Source: an uncultured Acidobacteriota bacterium (GTDB lineage Bacteria; Acidobacteriota; Terriglobia; Terriglobales; Acidobacteriaceae). Taken from it: DNA of 64,000 nt. A model generated the notes under the pieces. It was given only the letters and a program-made list of their open reading frames with translations, was not told where the DNA came from and made no database searches. Shown here piece after piece: positions 1-10,092 of this stretch; position 1 is the stretch's first letter, and the number at the start of each line of letters is the position of its first letter. Where the stretch lies: positions 323,807 to 387,806 of the forward strand of contig CAVTLR010000007.1 in NCBI GenBank assembly GCA_963735505.1. Direction: 5' to 3'. Made by a program: the position numbers and the translations under genes.

Positions 1-512
1 ACACCATCACCTCAGCCGGATATAACATCTGGTACTCGCGCGATGAGTTCCGTTATCTCTGGAAGAAAATGTCCGGCGACATTTCGCTTGCCGCCGATGT
101 GACGTTCCCGGACCCGAAGGGCTACAGCGATCGCAAGGCTGTCCTGGTCATTCGTCAGAACCTCAACGACGATTCGAAGGAAGCAATGACGGGCGAACAT
201 GGTACCGGAATGATCCATCTGGCTTGGCGTCCCACCCGGGGTGCGGACATGACGGACATGCAGTTTCGCTTTGGAGGGACGCTCGAAGGGGTGATGGCAA
301 AGCGCATTGGCATCGAAAAGCGGGGCGATGCGGTTGCAATTTTTGTCAGCTTGAAGGGCGAGCCCATGCACCAGTTTGGACCGCCAGTACACCTGCACTT
401 CGATGGACCATTTTATGTTGGCATCGGCTTCTGCTCGCACCTCCCAGCCACTCCGGATACAGCAGTGCTTTCAGATGTGATCCTGGAAAACACTGCAGGC
501 AAGGTGCACTAG
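1..512 (+). CDS. 3' end of a gene entering from upstream of the window; C-terminal jelly-roll (concanavalin-A/DUF1349-like) domain, function unknown
   Basis: Frame 3 is open from nt 3 (TITSAGYNIWYSRDEFRYLWKKMSGD...) to TAG 510-512. The listed 69..512 ORF is only the Met-delimited tail. The product guess rests on weak similarity to LamG/DUF1349-type domains. Confidence 0.45.
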   Translation, partial: TITSAGYNIWYSRDEFRYLWKKMSGDISLAADVTFPDPKGYSDRKAVLVIRQNLNDDSKEAMTGEHGTGMIHLAWRPTRGADMTDMQFRFGGTLEGVMAKRIGIEKRGDAVAIFVSLKGEPMHQFGPPVHLHFDGPFYVGIGFCSHLPATPDTAVLSDVILENTAGKVH

Positions 513-572
513 TTGTAGGACCCCGGCAGCGAGACGAGGTTCACCACTGAAAGACGCTGGAGTATTTGTCGG

Positions 573-1436
573 TCACTCGCCGGCATCATCGAGTTTTCTG
601 TAAGAAACCTGTCCGCGGGAGGAAAGAGTGGCACGATTGATCTGCTTGCGAGCGCTGTCTCGAATCCATCCCCATTTGTTGAAATACTGGATCGCAGAGC
701 GCATATGTAAAAACAGCAGCTTGCGGCTTCGATACGAGCCCATCTGATGGACATGCTCGACGGTAACGCCCGGCCAATACAACAACCTCGAGACGCCTAA
801 CATTCGCCGACAGAGGTCGACATCTTCCATATAAAGAAAAAATCTCTCATCGAAACCGCCGACTTCTTCCAGCACAGAGCGCCGCGCAAACATAAAGCAA
901 CCGGAGAGCGACGGGACGTACGCAGGCGCGTCCGAATCGAGAAAGCGCAGTTCATACAATGTAGTCCGCTTGTAAGCAAGACGCTTCCAGGGCCCAGGAA
1001 GGAATCGGCGCAACATCAGGTCGATGGGTGCTGGAAGTAATTTGCAGAGATATTGATGACTGCCATCCGGGTAGAGAATTTTTGGCATCACCAGCCCCAC
1101 GTCAAAATGGGAATCCATAACATTGGCCAATCTCCTGAGAGCGTCCTCGCCGAATACTATGTCCGGATTGAGGATCAAGTGATATGGAGCATCGACGCCA
1201 GCAAGCTCCTTCAGCGCCAGGTTATGCCCTGCGCCGAATCCGAGATTTTTTCCGGGACGTACGTACATTCCACCCATACGCGGAACAGCATCGCGGATTT
1301 CGTCGGAACTCCCGTTATCGACTAGAATCCACCGGTCGATACATGCCTCTTGTTGTAGCAGGCCTAGTAATTCCTGTATCCGGATCAAGGTGTCGCGGTA
1401 AATCACAATGCTAGCTGTTATAGAACCCAATCGCAT
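573..1436 (-). CDS. family-2 glycosyltransferase (GT-A fold, rhamnosyltransferase-like)
   Basis: 287 aa. Motifs: ASIVIYRD, ILVDNGSSD, GFGAGHN, ILNPDIVF, YMEDVDLCRR (DxD-type GT2 signature). Confidence 0.85.
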   Translation of the reverse strand: MRLGSITASIVIYRDTLIRIQELLGLLQQEACIDRWILVDNGSSDEIRDAVPRMGGMYVRPGKNLGFGAGHNLALKELAGVDAPYHLILNPDIVFGEDALRRLANVMDSHFDVGLVMPKILYPDGSHQYLCKLLPAPIDLMLRRFLPGPWKRLAYKRTTLYELRFLDSDAPAYVPSLSGCFMFARRSVLEEVGGFDERFFLYMEDVDLCRRMLGVSRLLYWPGVTVEHVHQMGSYRSRKLLFLHMRSAIQYFNKWGWIRDSARKQINRATLSSRGQVSYRKLDDAGE

Positions 1437-1497
1437 TCATCCCTGTACGTCACACCTTGTCGATATATCCGGGTCGGCATGAAGGTGAAGATTAACT

Positions 1498-2619
1498 TTA
1501 GCAGGTGCTGTGAACCCGCTCCAACAGTCGACTGTAAATCTCTTGATACTGATTCGACATGATTTCAGCGCTCAAATAATTATGCGTAATATTCACGCTT
1601 GCGTCATGCATCTTCTCCCAGTCCATTTTAGTAATTGCATCGAGGCTCGCCGCCATGTCATCGCTGTCTCTTACCTTGAACAATAATGAGGATCCCGGAT
1701 CAAGATCGTGAATTTCTCTATGGGGAGGAATATCTGACAAGACGCACGGCAGTCCGACGGCCATGGCTTCCAACACGGAATTAGGAAGTCCTTCTGCGAT
1801 CGAGGCAGACAGAAAATAGTCGCTTGCGCACAAATACTCCTGCACATTATCAACCCTCCCTACAAGCCGGATGTTCTGGCCTCGGGCTGCCACGGATTCA
1901 CAGGCGTGACGGCATTCCCCATCTCCCAAAAAAAGCAAAACAGCATTCTTGAGATTCGCCTTCTGAAATGCGGAAATCGCAGTCATTGGGTCCTTTCTCC
2001 TACTCAAAGAGCCCACAGAAACAAACACAGTCACGTTTTTATCTATATTTAATTTGTCGCGCGAGGTATTTCTCTCCAAACACTCACTTCTCGAAACGTC
2101 TACCCCATTCCGAACAAACCCTATTTCACAATGATTGCGTTCCCTCAGCATCTCAGACACAGCCTTCGAAACAACGACCGGATGGTCAATTCTTTTTAAA
2201 CATCGCAGATGAATCGAAGCCAAGACAGTTCCAGATACCTTCCCGAATAACATTGTGTAGTCAGAATACGGGTAGTTATGAAGAGTGCTGACTCGGAGTG
2301 TCTTCAAGCCTCGAACGACCCAGTCTGCCCTTAAGCCATGCGCGTGGATCAAATCAATTCCATTTTTCTCGGTATATTGAGATACTTTTGAAGTCGCCTC
2401 AATGAGGCCACGCAGCCTGGAGAAGCCAAGCGTTTCCACTTTGACCCCGAGAGCCTCGCTAAAGTATCTCGCCATTGTATCTTGCGGTTCAGGGGATAGC
2501 GTCAGGACTGTCACGTCAAATTTATCTCGGTCCATAAATTTAACGATATTGGACAGTACGAACGTTGGCCCGGATTTGCTCAAGGTACTCACGACATACA
2601 GGATCTTCTTTTTTATCAT
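1498..2619 (-). CDS. family-4 (GT-B) glycosyltransferase
   Basis: 373 aa. C-terminal GT4 motif SASIAEGLPNSVLEAMAVGLPCVLSDIPPHREI. The gene is AT-rich. Confidence 0.85.
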   Translation of the reverse strand: MIKKKILYVVSTLSKSGPTFVLSNIVKFMDRDKFDVTVLTLSPEPQDTMARYFSEALGVKVETLGFSRLRGLIEATSKVSQYTEKNGIDLIHAHGLRADWVVRGLKTLRVSTLHNYPYSDYTMLFGKVSGTVLASIHLRCLKRIDHPVVVSKAVSEMLRERNHCEIGFVRNGVDVSRSECLERNTSRDKLNIDKNVTVFVSVGSLSRRKDPMTAISAFQKANLKNAVLLFLGDGECRHACESVAARGQNIRLVGRVDNVQEYLCASDYFLSASIAEGLPNSVLEAMAVGLPCVLSDIPPHREIHDLDPGSSLLFKVRDSDDMAASLDAITKMDWEKMHDASVNITHNYLSAEIMSNQYQEIYSRLLERVHSTC

Positions 2620-2632
2620 TCTTGCGTGCCCG

Positions 2633-3730
2633 CTAAAACAGCGAGAGGCTGTACGGTTGTGGGCTGATTTTCACCATGTACAGGTTCAGGTAGAGTGTCA
2701 TAAACGCATAAATAATTATTGCGCTTACGGTCATCCACTTATATCGAGAAATACAAATGAAGTAAGGAATGACGATCACCTCAACAATGTCAAAGAACGT
2801 TGCGACCCTGCCAGCGATAATCCCTAGGTCAGAAAACGCTAATCTCCACGATGCGCTGACAACGAGGAAAAGTGCAAATGTCTCAAAATAAGGGACAATT
2901 GTCTTCAGCCGCTTCCAGTAGATGAGTACGATCAGCAAGATGACTAAATTCTTAACGTTGGTGGGATCATACAGTTTTAGGCCAGCACCATAGGACTGAT
3001 CCGAAGCATAATCGGCGATTTTTACAAATAAAAATCCAGACGTCGGCAGAAGTTTCACGAGTATTCTGCCGATGCCGATGATTCCCAGGGCCAGTGAAAA
3101 CAGGTATAAAAGTATGATTTTCTTCCGCGTAATCTGGAAGAAGCTTAGCAAGTATGGGATCACCAAGGATAGCGACGCGATATGAAAAAGCCCTGACAAC
3201 AACAATGTTCTGAAGGACTTTAGATGTTCTCTATTGTGGATTTGCGCGATTAAAAATAGCCCTATGGCGGCCGCTATGGCGGCCCTGACTTGATTCATGT
3301 CGCGGTATAAATAGGTATGGACAAAATACAGGAGTGTGGACAATAAAACATATGTCGAATATCTATAATAATTGTAGATCGTCACGCCGATCGAGATGAG
3401 AGCTGCAGTGAGAAAGAGAAATATGTAATTACTGGTAAATGTCTTTACTACTGCATTGACAAGTACATAGCCGGGCTCCATGTAGAGGTCACTGAAGTGG
3501 TACACAAATCCGCCAAATATCCAGTCATATAACGTCGGAGCCTGAGCTATGAACATCTCATAATAATTCAAGTCGTCCCGACCTACGCCCATTGTTCTAA
3601 GGCCAGCAAACAATATTAAGTAGATAGCGGCGACGATCACGAACCATAGCTTGTAACGCTTCAGTTCCTTCGTGAATTGGGTCAATGCAGCCAGGGTCAG
3701 GAGGGCGAACGTTACAAAATATGGCGCCAA
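2633..3730 (-). CDS. EpsG-family membrane protein (Wzy-like repeat-unit polymerase)
   Basis: 365 aa and almost entirely hydrophobic helices. The N-terminal GLRTMGVGRDDLNYYEMF is typical of the EpsG family. It is the most AT-rich gene of the locus. Confidence 0.75.
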   Translation of the reverse strand: MAPYFVTFALLTLAALTQFTKELKRYKLWFVIVAAIYLILFAGLRTMGVGRDDLNYYEMFIAQAPTLYDWIFGGFVYHFSDLYMEPGYVLVNAVVKTFTSNYIFLFLTAALISIGVTIYNYYRYSTYVLLSTLLYFVHTYLYRDMNQVRAAIAAAIGLFLIAQIHNREHLKSFRTLLLSGLFHIASLSLVIPYLLSFFQITRKKIILLYLFSLALGIIGIGRILVKLLPTSGFLFVKIADYASDQSYGAGLKLYDPTNVKNLVILLIVLIYWKRLKTIVPYFETFALFLVVSASWRLAFSDLGIIAGRVATFFDIVEVIVIPYFICISRYKWMTVSAIIIYAFMTLYLNLYMVKISPQPYSLSLF

Positions 3731-3853
3731 TTATTTGTCCCTCCTTCCCTTCGGGTGACTTCCCAAGAATCTTATCTGCGCTGCCTATCGCCCTTAAAAT
3801 TGCGAGGCGTCAACAAGTTTAGTTACCCATACATCCGCATGCAACGCCACAGT

Positions 3854-5035
3854 TTATTTGAGATCTATGGCATGATGGTAAAGCCTTACTGTCTCATCAG
3901 CGATCGAACTCCATGCCAAGTCGCTGCGGCTTCGCATCAATGCTGCCGAAGAAAGACTCTGTGGTAGATACTCATCCCGCATCAGGCGCATAATTGCGAG
4001 CGCGAGTGCTGCGGGATCGTTGGGCGGGACCAGAATTCCATCCACACCGTCCATGATCAGTTCCTCCAAACCACCGATTGCAGAAGCGATGACCGGTGTT
4101 CCCAGCCCCATTGCTAGACTCGCTACTCCGCTCTGCGATGCCTCAACGTAAGGCAGGACTGCCATCCCCGCGCGACTAAACAGACCCACCACTTCCGCGT
4201 GGGGGATAAACCGATCGATGATTTCTACCCAAGTTTGCTCCTGGTCGACCAGCGGACTCATTGCTGCCACTCCGCCGCGCCCCGCAATGATCAACTTTGC
4301 TTGCGGAATTGATTTTCTGACAATTTGCATGGCATCGATGAGGATGCTGAGGCCCTTATATGGGAGCACTCTACCGAAGAACAAGACCGATTTGGGATCA
4401 CGTTGGACAATTTCTCCAGGTCTTCCGCTGGTAGTTCCTCGATAGAGAGAACCCATTTCTCCGTGTTGCACGACGTAGACTCGGTCACGCGGAATTCCCC
4501 ATCTAGAGCAAAGGAGATCGCGCTGAGTCGAAGCATGAACGATCACCGCCCGCGCCCGCAGAAGGAGCCGCTTCCGCGAGGGTCCAGTAAACCATTCTCC
4601 GCGGCTCTCGCCGGGATGCCGCGTTGCGTCGTGCACTGTGACTACCATTGGCGGTAAATCATGCGATGCGGCAACTAGATCGAACCAGGGATTTACCGAA
4701 TCCTGTAAATGCAGAATATCCGGTTTGAGATTGCGAATGATCCGAAGCAGTGCTAAAACTGCAACGATACTACGTGGATCTCGTATGCGTGGAAGATCCC
4801 GGACGATGAGATGGATTTCTGGGTCAATTTGTGCCTGCCACGGACCTGTCAGGCGCGCGGGCTGAATAAATGTGAGATTAATCCGCCTTGCGAGTGCATT
4901 TGCCAACGCAACTGGATAGTCTGGAAAACCTAGATTCACCAGTGTCACATTCATAGCTTGACGAGAACCCATCATATCCGGCTTAGAATCTTTGGAAGTA
5001 ACTCCACTACGATAATCCTTTCGATGAATCATCAC
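3854..5035 (-). CDS. family-4 (GT-B) glycosyltransferase
   Basis: Motif PYVEASQSGVASLAMGLGTPVIASAIGGLEELIMDGVDGILVPP. The start is ambiguous, with Met codons at 5035, 4975, 4972 and 4954; MNVTLVNLG at 4954 looks like a typical GT4 N-terminus. Confidence 0.85.
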   Translation of the reverse strand: MMIHRKDYRSGVTSKDSKPDMMGSRQAMNVTLVNLGFPDYPVALANALARRINLTFIQPARLTGPWQAQIDPEIHLIVRDLPRIRDPRSIVAVLALLRIIRNLKPDILHLQDSVNPWFDLVAASHDLPPMVVTVHDATRHPGESRGEWFTGPSRKRLLLRARAVIVHASTQRDLLCSRWGIPRDRVYVVQHGEMGSLYRGTTSGRPGEIVQRDPKSVLFFGRVLPYKGLSILIDAMQIVRKSIPQAKLIIAGRGGVAAMSPLVDQEQTWVEIIDRFIPHAEVVGLFSRAGMAVLPYVEASQSGVASLAMGLGTPVIASAIGGLEELIMDGVDGILVPPNDPAALALAIMRLMRDEYLPQSLSSAALMRSRSDLAWSSIADETVRLYHHAIDLK

Positions 5036-5068
5036 GGACTCAATCTGCTTTCATTACCTCAAAGCTCA

Positions 5069-5956
5069 CTACTTTTGCATTCCACACATGTTCCATCCTT
5101 CTTTTGCTGCGTTTCGCCGCAGTTTCCATTTTGAGTATGAATTCCTACCCAACAGAAATGCCAGTGCTGAGCGAGTCTGAGTCCAGACATACCAGTAGAG
5201 AGCCAGCACGTGTGGCATGCTCTTTCGCAAAAAATATATGCGATTTCTCGTCATGTATTGGAGAGCAAATGCTGAAGAATCCCCGCCAGTAAGGGAGCTG
5301 ACTTTGTGCCAGAGTTTGGCCTCGGGCACATACCAAAGCGACAGCCCTTGCTTGAGGCAGCGGTACATGAAGTCTACGTCCTCAGTATATGTAAAGTAGC
5401 GTTCATCCATGAGGCCCACCCTGTCCAAAACTTCCCTGCGAATCAGGACGCAACACAGCGGGGCAAAGGTGACGCGGCAGGGAAAATTATATTGTCCATG
5501 GTCAGTTTCCCCTCCCCCGCGATGCTTGTTGCGGTAACCGAAATAAGGTTGCAGGCTGCCACCGGCGGCCCAGATGCGGTCGGTGGGTTCATAGAAGTAC
5601 ATCATCGGAGTCGTCATGTCGCAATAGTATTGGGCGAGCGCGCCTGCGAGCCGCTGCAGCAACTCGGGCCCAAATACAACATCGTTGTTCAGGGCAAGGA
5701 TGGCGTCGCATCCATCCTGAAGTGCGGCTTGGATGCCCTGGTTTGTTCCCGCTGCAAACCCGATATTCTCGGCATTTTGCAAAAACGTACAGCGCTCCGG
5801 CAGGTGGGCCTGGATGTAGGCTGCAGTGTCATCGGTCGAACCGCTATCGACGATATACAGAGCATGGTCCGGGTATGTCTGGCACTTCAACGAGGAAAAG
5901 AAATCCTCCAAGACGCTGCGACTGTTGTAAGTAACCGTGACAATACCAATCTTCAT
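5069..5956 (-). CDS. family-2 glycosyltransferase
   Basis: 295 aa. Motifs: KIGIVTVTYNS, YIVDSGSTDDT, ALNNDVVF, YTEDVDFMYR. Confidence 0.85.
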   Translation of the reverse strand: MKIGIVTVTYNSRSVLEDFFSSLKCQTYPDHALYIVDSGSTDDTAAYIQAHLPERCTFLQNAENIGFAAGTNQGIQAALQDGCDAILALNNDVVFGPELLQRLAGALAQYYCDMTTPMMYFYEPTDRIWAAGGSLQPYFGYRNKHRGGGETDHGQYNFPCRVTFAPLCCVLIRREVLDRVGLMDERYFTYTEDVDFMYRCLKQGLSLWYVPEAKLWHKVSSLTGGDSSAFALQYMTRNRIYFLRKSMPHVLALYWYVWTQTRSALAFLLGRNSYSKWKLRRNAAKEGWNMCGMQK

Positions 5957-6075
5957 ATGCCCTGTGCTGTTCCATTAGAATACGCTCCACAAACTAAGCC
6001 TTCCACGGAACGTGAAACCGTGACTGTGTTACCAGGGTGCAAGCGGTAAAATAGAACTTGAAAATAAAGGAAGGT

Positions 6076-6873
6076 ATGATGGCAAGCTTTGCTAAACGTG
6101 TTGGATTCAAGCTTCTCTTCCAATCTCCTGTCCAGTCTCGACATGCCGAGCCTAGCATGCTCTTCTTCGTCGAACCCGATGACCCATCGAAGCCATCGCC
6201 CGAGCTCATCGAGCTCGCCCTTGCAGCAATCCGTGCGGCGCAGCAAATCGATTTATCCGAAATCAGTGCTCGCCTCAAGACGGGCATCAATTATCCCAAA
6301 ATCTGGCCGGGCGAGCACTACAAACTTCTCGCCGGCCTTGTCTCCATCCTTCAGCCAAGACTGATCGTAGAAATCGGGACCGCCACCGGTAGCAGCGCTC
6401 TTTGTCTGAAACAATTCCAGACCAAAGGCGGCCGCGTCGCCACGTTTGATGTCATCCCATGGCAAAAGTATCCCACCACCGTTCTAACCGATGCCGACTT
6501 CGCCGACGGAACGCTGGTGCAGTACATCGACGATCTGTCACTGCCATCGCAATTCGCCAAGCACAAAGCCCTCCTCGCCGAAGCTGACTTCATCTTCATT
6601 GACGCAGCCAAAGACGGGAAGCAGGAGCAACTTTTCCTCAACAATTTTGAAACGATCGAGTTCAAACACTCTCCCATTCTCGTCTTCGACGACATTCGCC
6701 TATGGAATATGCTGAAAATCTGGGACGATATCAAGCGACCGAAATTAGATCTGACCTCCTTCGGGCACTGGTCTGGAACCGGCATCGTCCAATGGGGCGC
6801 GTCTCTGAATCTGCCAGAACAGCCGCTCCATCAGTTGCAAGAAGGAACGGCTAGGAAAGACGAGCTCCGCTGA
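6076..6873 (+). CDS. class I SAM-dependent (O-)methyltransferase-like protein
   Basis: Core motifs LIVEIGTATGSSALCL and ADFIFIDAAKDG resemble the O-methyltransferase family 3/Methyltransf_24 fold. The listed ORF starts at TTG 6058. ATG 6076 is preceded by AAGGAAGG and is the more likely start. Confidence 0.65.
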   Translation: MMASFAKRVGFKLLFQSPVQSRHAEPSMLFFVEPDDPSKPSPELIELALAAIRAAQQIDLSEISARLKTGINYPKIWPGEHYKLLAGLVSILQPRLIVEIGTATGSSALCLKQFQTKGGRVATFDVIPWQKYPTTVLTDADFADGTLVQYIDDLSLPSQFAKHKALLAEADFIFIDAAKDGKQEQLFLNNFETIEFKHSPILVFDDIRLWNMLKIWDDIKRPKLDLTSFGHWSGTGIVQWGASLNLPEQPLHQLQEGTARKDELR

Positions 6874-6966
6874 TCCAAGGAACGCGATCAACAGACGGCA
6901 TGTCATAAATCCAAATAGAAGGAGCATGCTCCAGACCTGTTTGCGGACAAATTTGTTTGCAACAAA

Positions 6967-7722
6967 TTAGGATCTACTACCTTCAGGTGAATCGTTGATT
7001 TCATGTTGCACTCGCTTGTAGAGGACAGTGTGTGTTGATTTGGCTACACTTGAATAGTGGTATTTTGAAAGAAACTTCGTCACGTCAAGTGAACGGACTT
7101 CATCAAGTGAAGATACACCGATACATTCAATCAGTATGTACGCCGGTAAATATCTACCCCAATCGTTAGACTTGAGTACATCGTAGTCAAGTCCCTCTAC
7201 ATCAATCGTTAGTAAGTCGATTTTTGTATTGTGAGGTACATACTGATCGAGAAGCTCGGCGAGCGGCACCGTTACAATTGCAACTTTCTTGATAATCGAC
7301 CGGCCTTCGTCTACGTGTCGCAGTGCCAGATTTTTGTCGAATGTATTCAATCCCGGTTCTTTAAAAATATGGAATGTTAATTCCTGACTTACTGAATTGA
7401 TCGCTGCTTCTACATTTATGTCCCTTGGCCGGAGGCGTTGAAACATACGCATACTACCTGGATTTGCATCAATGTTGATTCCCTTCCAGCCTCGACGGTA
7501 AAGGCGATAGGTGTTAGAGTACCTCTTTGGGTGATGGGCGCCAACGTCGACATAAAATCCAGTCTGTTTGTCTCCTAAGTACCAATCTAGAATGAGATCT
7601 TCGCCGTTTTGTGCGTAAGAATCCTGCGCACACGTCTCAAACCATCGATGGCGGATGTAACTGAGGATCCGCCAAACTGGCTTAGGAATGTATGTTCTGT
7701 ATTTCTTAACCCAACTTCTCAT
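6967..7722 (-). CDS. FkbM-family methyltransferase
   Basis: 251 aa. GFYVDVGAHHPKRYSNTYRLYRRGWKGINIDANP followed by ELTFHIF is the FkbM-type core. The gene is AT-rich. Confidence 0.75.
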   Translation of the reverse strand: MRSWVKKYRTYIPKPVWRILSYIRHRWFETCAQDSYAQNGEDLILDWYLGDKQTGFYVDVGAHHPKRYSNTYRLYRRGWKGINIDANPGSMRMFQRLRPRDINVEAAINSVSQELTFHIFKEPGLNTFDKNLALRHVDEGRSIIKKVAIVTVPLAELLDQYVPHNTKIDLLTIDVEGLDYDVLKSNDWGRYLPAYILIECIGVSSLDEVRSLDVTKFLSKYHYSSVAKSTHTVLYKRVQHEINDSPEGSRS

Positions 7723-7771
7723 GCTTCTCCAGGTAAGGTGGGATCGATCTTACTCGCTGTTGTCGTCAATT

Positions 7772-8635
7772 TTATCCTCCCTCATGGGGATGCTCTCCCT
7801 CGTAGCTTGCGGTCAATTCTTCTGCTGCACGATGGTATTTCTCGATTATCTCGTTCTTTCCACCAGTCGCACGAAGCTCCTGTAATTTTGCATAAGTTGC
7901 CCACCTATACATGGCCATGAACCCAGAGAGATAAAGCCCACGCCAGCCATCTCGATAGCCGCGGTTACGAAAGTAGCGAGTCACGAATTCCGCCACCGTG
8001 CTGAATATTGCCTTCGCATAACTTACATTTTCGCGACGCTCGAATGCTTGCTGCGCCTCGACGGATGTATAGCGGTTTAGCTTTTCGAGGAACTGTGCAC
8101 AGTCCACGTAATTGAAATGATGAAAGAGCATCTTTGCCTGATAAGGCAACGTCAGCACTCGCGCTCCGAGTGCGGGGTGGATAAAAGAGTGAATTCTAGG
8201 GTTTAGGTCTATTTTGTCTTTTTTGAAAAAACGTGGATGCCGGTCCTGGTAAGGTCCCCATCCTGTATTCCCCAGCGGGCCGCCCAACAGGTAGTTGAGC
8301 CGCGAAACGATAACAACATCCGCAGTATCGTCTGAAGCAATTTGCATCAGCTTCAAGCTCAAGGGTTGCGGTATCATCTCATCGGCATCCAGAAGAAAAA
8401 CCCACTCTCCCGTGGCCTGGCTGACTGCAAAGGCCCGCGCTCCGTCAAACGCGGCGATTCGATCGTGAAAATATACCCTGGCTCCATATTCCCGAGCGAT
8501 TTCGACGGTGCGGTCTTCGCTGTGCATGTCCACCACGATGATTTCATCGGCCCACGTGTGCACTGATCGCAACGCATACGGCAGATTCCCTTCTTCGTTG
8601 AGAGTATTGATGACGACCGAGATGCGGGGTTTCAT
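7772..8635 (-). CDS. family-2 glycosyltransferase
   Basis: Motifs PRISVVINTLNEEGNL, IIVVDMHSEDRT and FLLDADE. Met at 8635 forms an ATGA start/stop overlap (8632-8635) with the upstream flippase gene, which suggests translational coupling. Confidence 0.85.
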   Translation of the reverse strand: MKPRISVVINTLNEEGNLPYALRSVHTWADEIIVVDMHSEDRTVEIAREYGARVYFHDRIAAFDGARAFAVSQATGEWVFLLDADEMIPQPLSLKLMQIASDDTADVVIVSRLNYLLGGPLGNTGWGPYQDRHPRFFKKDKIDLNPRIHSFIHPALGARVLTLPYQAKMLFHHFNYVDCAQFLEKLNRYTSVEAQQAFERRENVSYAKAIFSTVAEFVTRYFRNRGYRDGWRGLYLSGFMAMYRWATYAKLQELRATGGKNEIIEKYHRAAEELTASYEGEHPHEGG

Positions 8636-10092
8636 TCTGTTGCCCTGAGGGACGACCATACTGCCTTCATCTTACCTTTGTAGAAAAGATACAAACCCGA
8701 TCCATGTACGAGCAGGCCAACGGTCCCATATAACACGACAGTCAGGATGTGAAGGGGAGCGTGCTGGCGGCAAATGAGATCGACGAAAATTCCGCTGATC
8801 GCCGCGATGACCCAGACTGGAGCGATGACTGGCAGCAAGCGGAATGGAACTTGCCGCTGCGCGGCCCTGTATAACCAGAAGGCACTGAACATCACGACCA
8901 GGTTTGCGATCGCAAACCCGATGGCACCATAGAGCAGGATGAGGGGTGCTCCGATAATCCATGTACCAGCCATCCATATAAATGCGAACAGAAGGGCGAT
9001 TTTCGATTTTCCCAGCGCGTTGAGCAGACCCATAGCTGGCGTCGCGGAGGGCACAAACAAGTTGGCGCCCCAGAAGAGATAGAAATAAGGCAAAGCCACC
9101 AGCCACTTCGTCCCATAAACCAAGGTAGTGATGGGAACGATCATCACTAGGGTCAAGATAGCAAGAGGGGCAGCGATGGCATTCGTAGCCCAGATCACAT
9201 TTTCCGCCAGCGCGATAAGTTGCGCACGATGGTTTTGCAGCCGGGCAAACGCCGGCATGTATAGGCGTTGCAGAACAAACAAGATCAGCACCGGATAGGC
9301 CGCAATCATGTTGGCCCAAGTGATATATCCCACATCGGCCGTACCGAGAAGAAATCCAATGAAAATGGGCGCAATGCTGTCTTTCAGCAGGGAAATGACT
9401 TGAATTCCCTGGTAAGGAAGACCAAAGGACATGTGTGCCCGAATCATTGACCAGTCCCAACGCCAGCCGACGCGCCAAGGACTAATCCAGTTTGCCAGGG
9501 CCGTGCCAACTAGGGAGCGAAGAAGCAGCGCCCAGACGAAGGCATAGGCACCCCGACCACGCCAGGCAAAATAAACGGCGGCGACGTTGAAGACGATCGC
9601 CTGCGCAGATTCAATGACGGCAACTTTATGGAAAGCGAGATGACGCTCCAGTCGAACCAGCGGTATCACCATGAAGGAAGTGACGACAAAGGAAAGCGCA
9701 ACCAGGCGGAAAAGCCAAGCATCGCCCACTTCGAGGTGATATCTGGAGGCTATCCATGGTGAAAGGAGCCACATTCCCAAGGCGATGCCTACTACCAAGA
9801 TCTGCTGAAATGTAAAAACTAGCTGGTAATCAGCGGTTTGCGGCTCGTTCGGCTGTCGAATCAAGCTGGCCGCCAGGCCGGCATCCCCAAAGGCCGTCAG
9901 AAAAGTTTGGAGATACAGGACAATGGCATAAATGCCAAACTCGCCCGGGGTGAGAAGGCGAGCAAGAAAGATGCCGCCCAGGATTCTGGTACCTTGAACA
10001 AGAATTTGTCGAACGCCTAGCGCAACTGCTCCGTGTACTGTTTTCCGCGCAACACCTTGCGGCGCTATTGGAATGGAATTGGGATCGCTCAT
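8632..10092 (-). CDS. wzx: polysaccharide flippase (MOP/Wzx family)
   Basis: 486 aa polytopic membrane protein. The N-terminus (GVRQILVQGTRILGGIFLARLLTPGEFGIYAIV) is typical of 'polysaccharide biosynthesis protein' flippases, and the gene sits within an EPS locus. Confidence 0.8.
   Translation of the reverse strand: MSDPNSIPIAPQGVARKTVHGAVALGVRQILVQGTRILGGIFLARLLTPGEFGIYAIVLYLQTFLTAFGDAGLAASLIRQPNEPQTADYQLVFTFQQILVVGIALGMWLLSPWIASRYHLEVGDAWLFRLVALSFVVTSFMVIPLVRLERHLAFHKVAVIESAQAIVFNVAAVYFAWRGRGAYAFVWALLLRSLVGTALANWISPWRVGWRWDWSMIRAHMSFGLPYQGIQVISLLKDSIAPIFIGFLLGTADVGYITWANMIAAYPVLILFVLQRLYMPAFARLQNHRAQLIALAENVIWATNAIAAPLAILTLVMIVPITTLVYGTKWLVALPYFYLFWGANLFVPSATPAMGLLNALGKSKIALLFAFIWMAGTWIIGAPLILLYGAIGFAIANLVVMFSAFWLYRAAQRQVPFRLLPVIAPVWVIAAISGIFVDLICRQHAPLHILTVVLYGTVGLLVHGSGLYLFYKGKMKAVWSSLRATE

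Noticed and set aside
5306-6049. 247-aa plus-strand ORF overlapping the GT2 gene at 5069-5956.
   Set aside because: The minus-strand frame carries clear GT2 motifs. The plus-strand product is low-complexity and not protein-like.
8672-9478. 268-aa alternative-frame ORF within wzx. There are similar alternative-frame ORFs at 21278-21844 in tdh and at 56107-56859 opposite the MFS gene.
   Set aside because: These are out-of-frame or antisense translations rich in Arg, Ser and Cys. The annotated frames have the expected TM or enzyme motifs.
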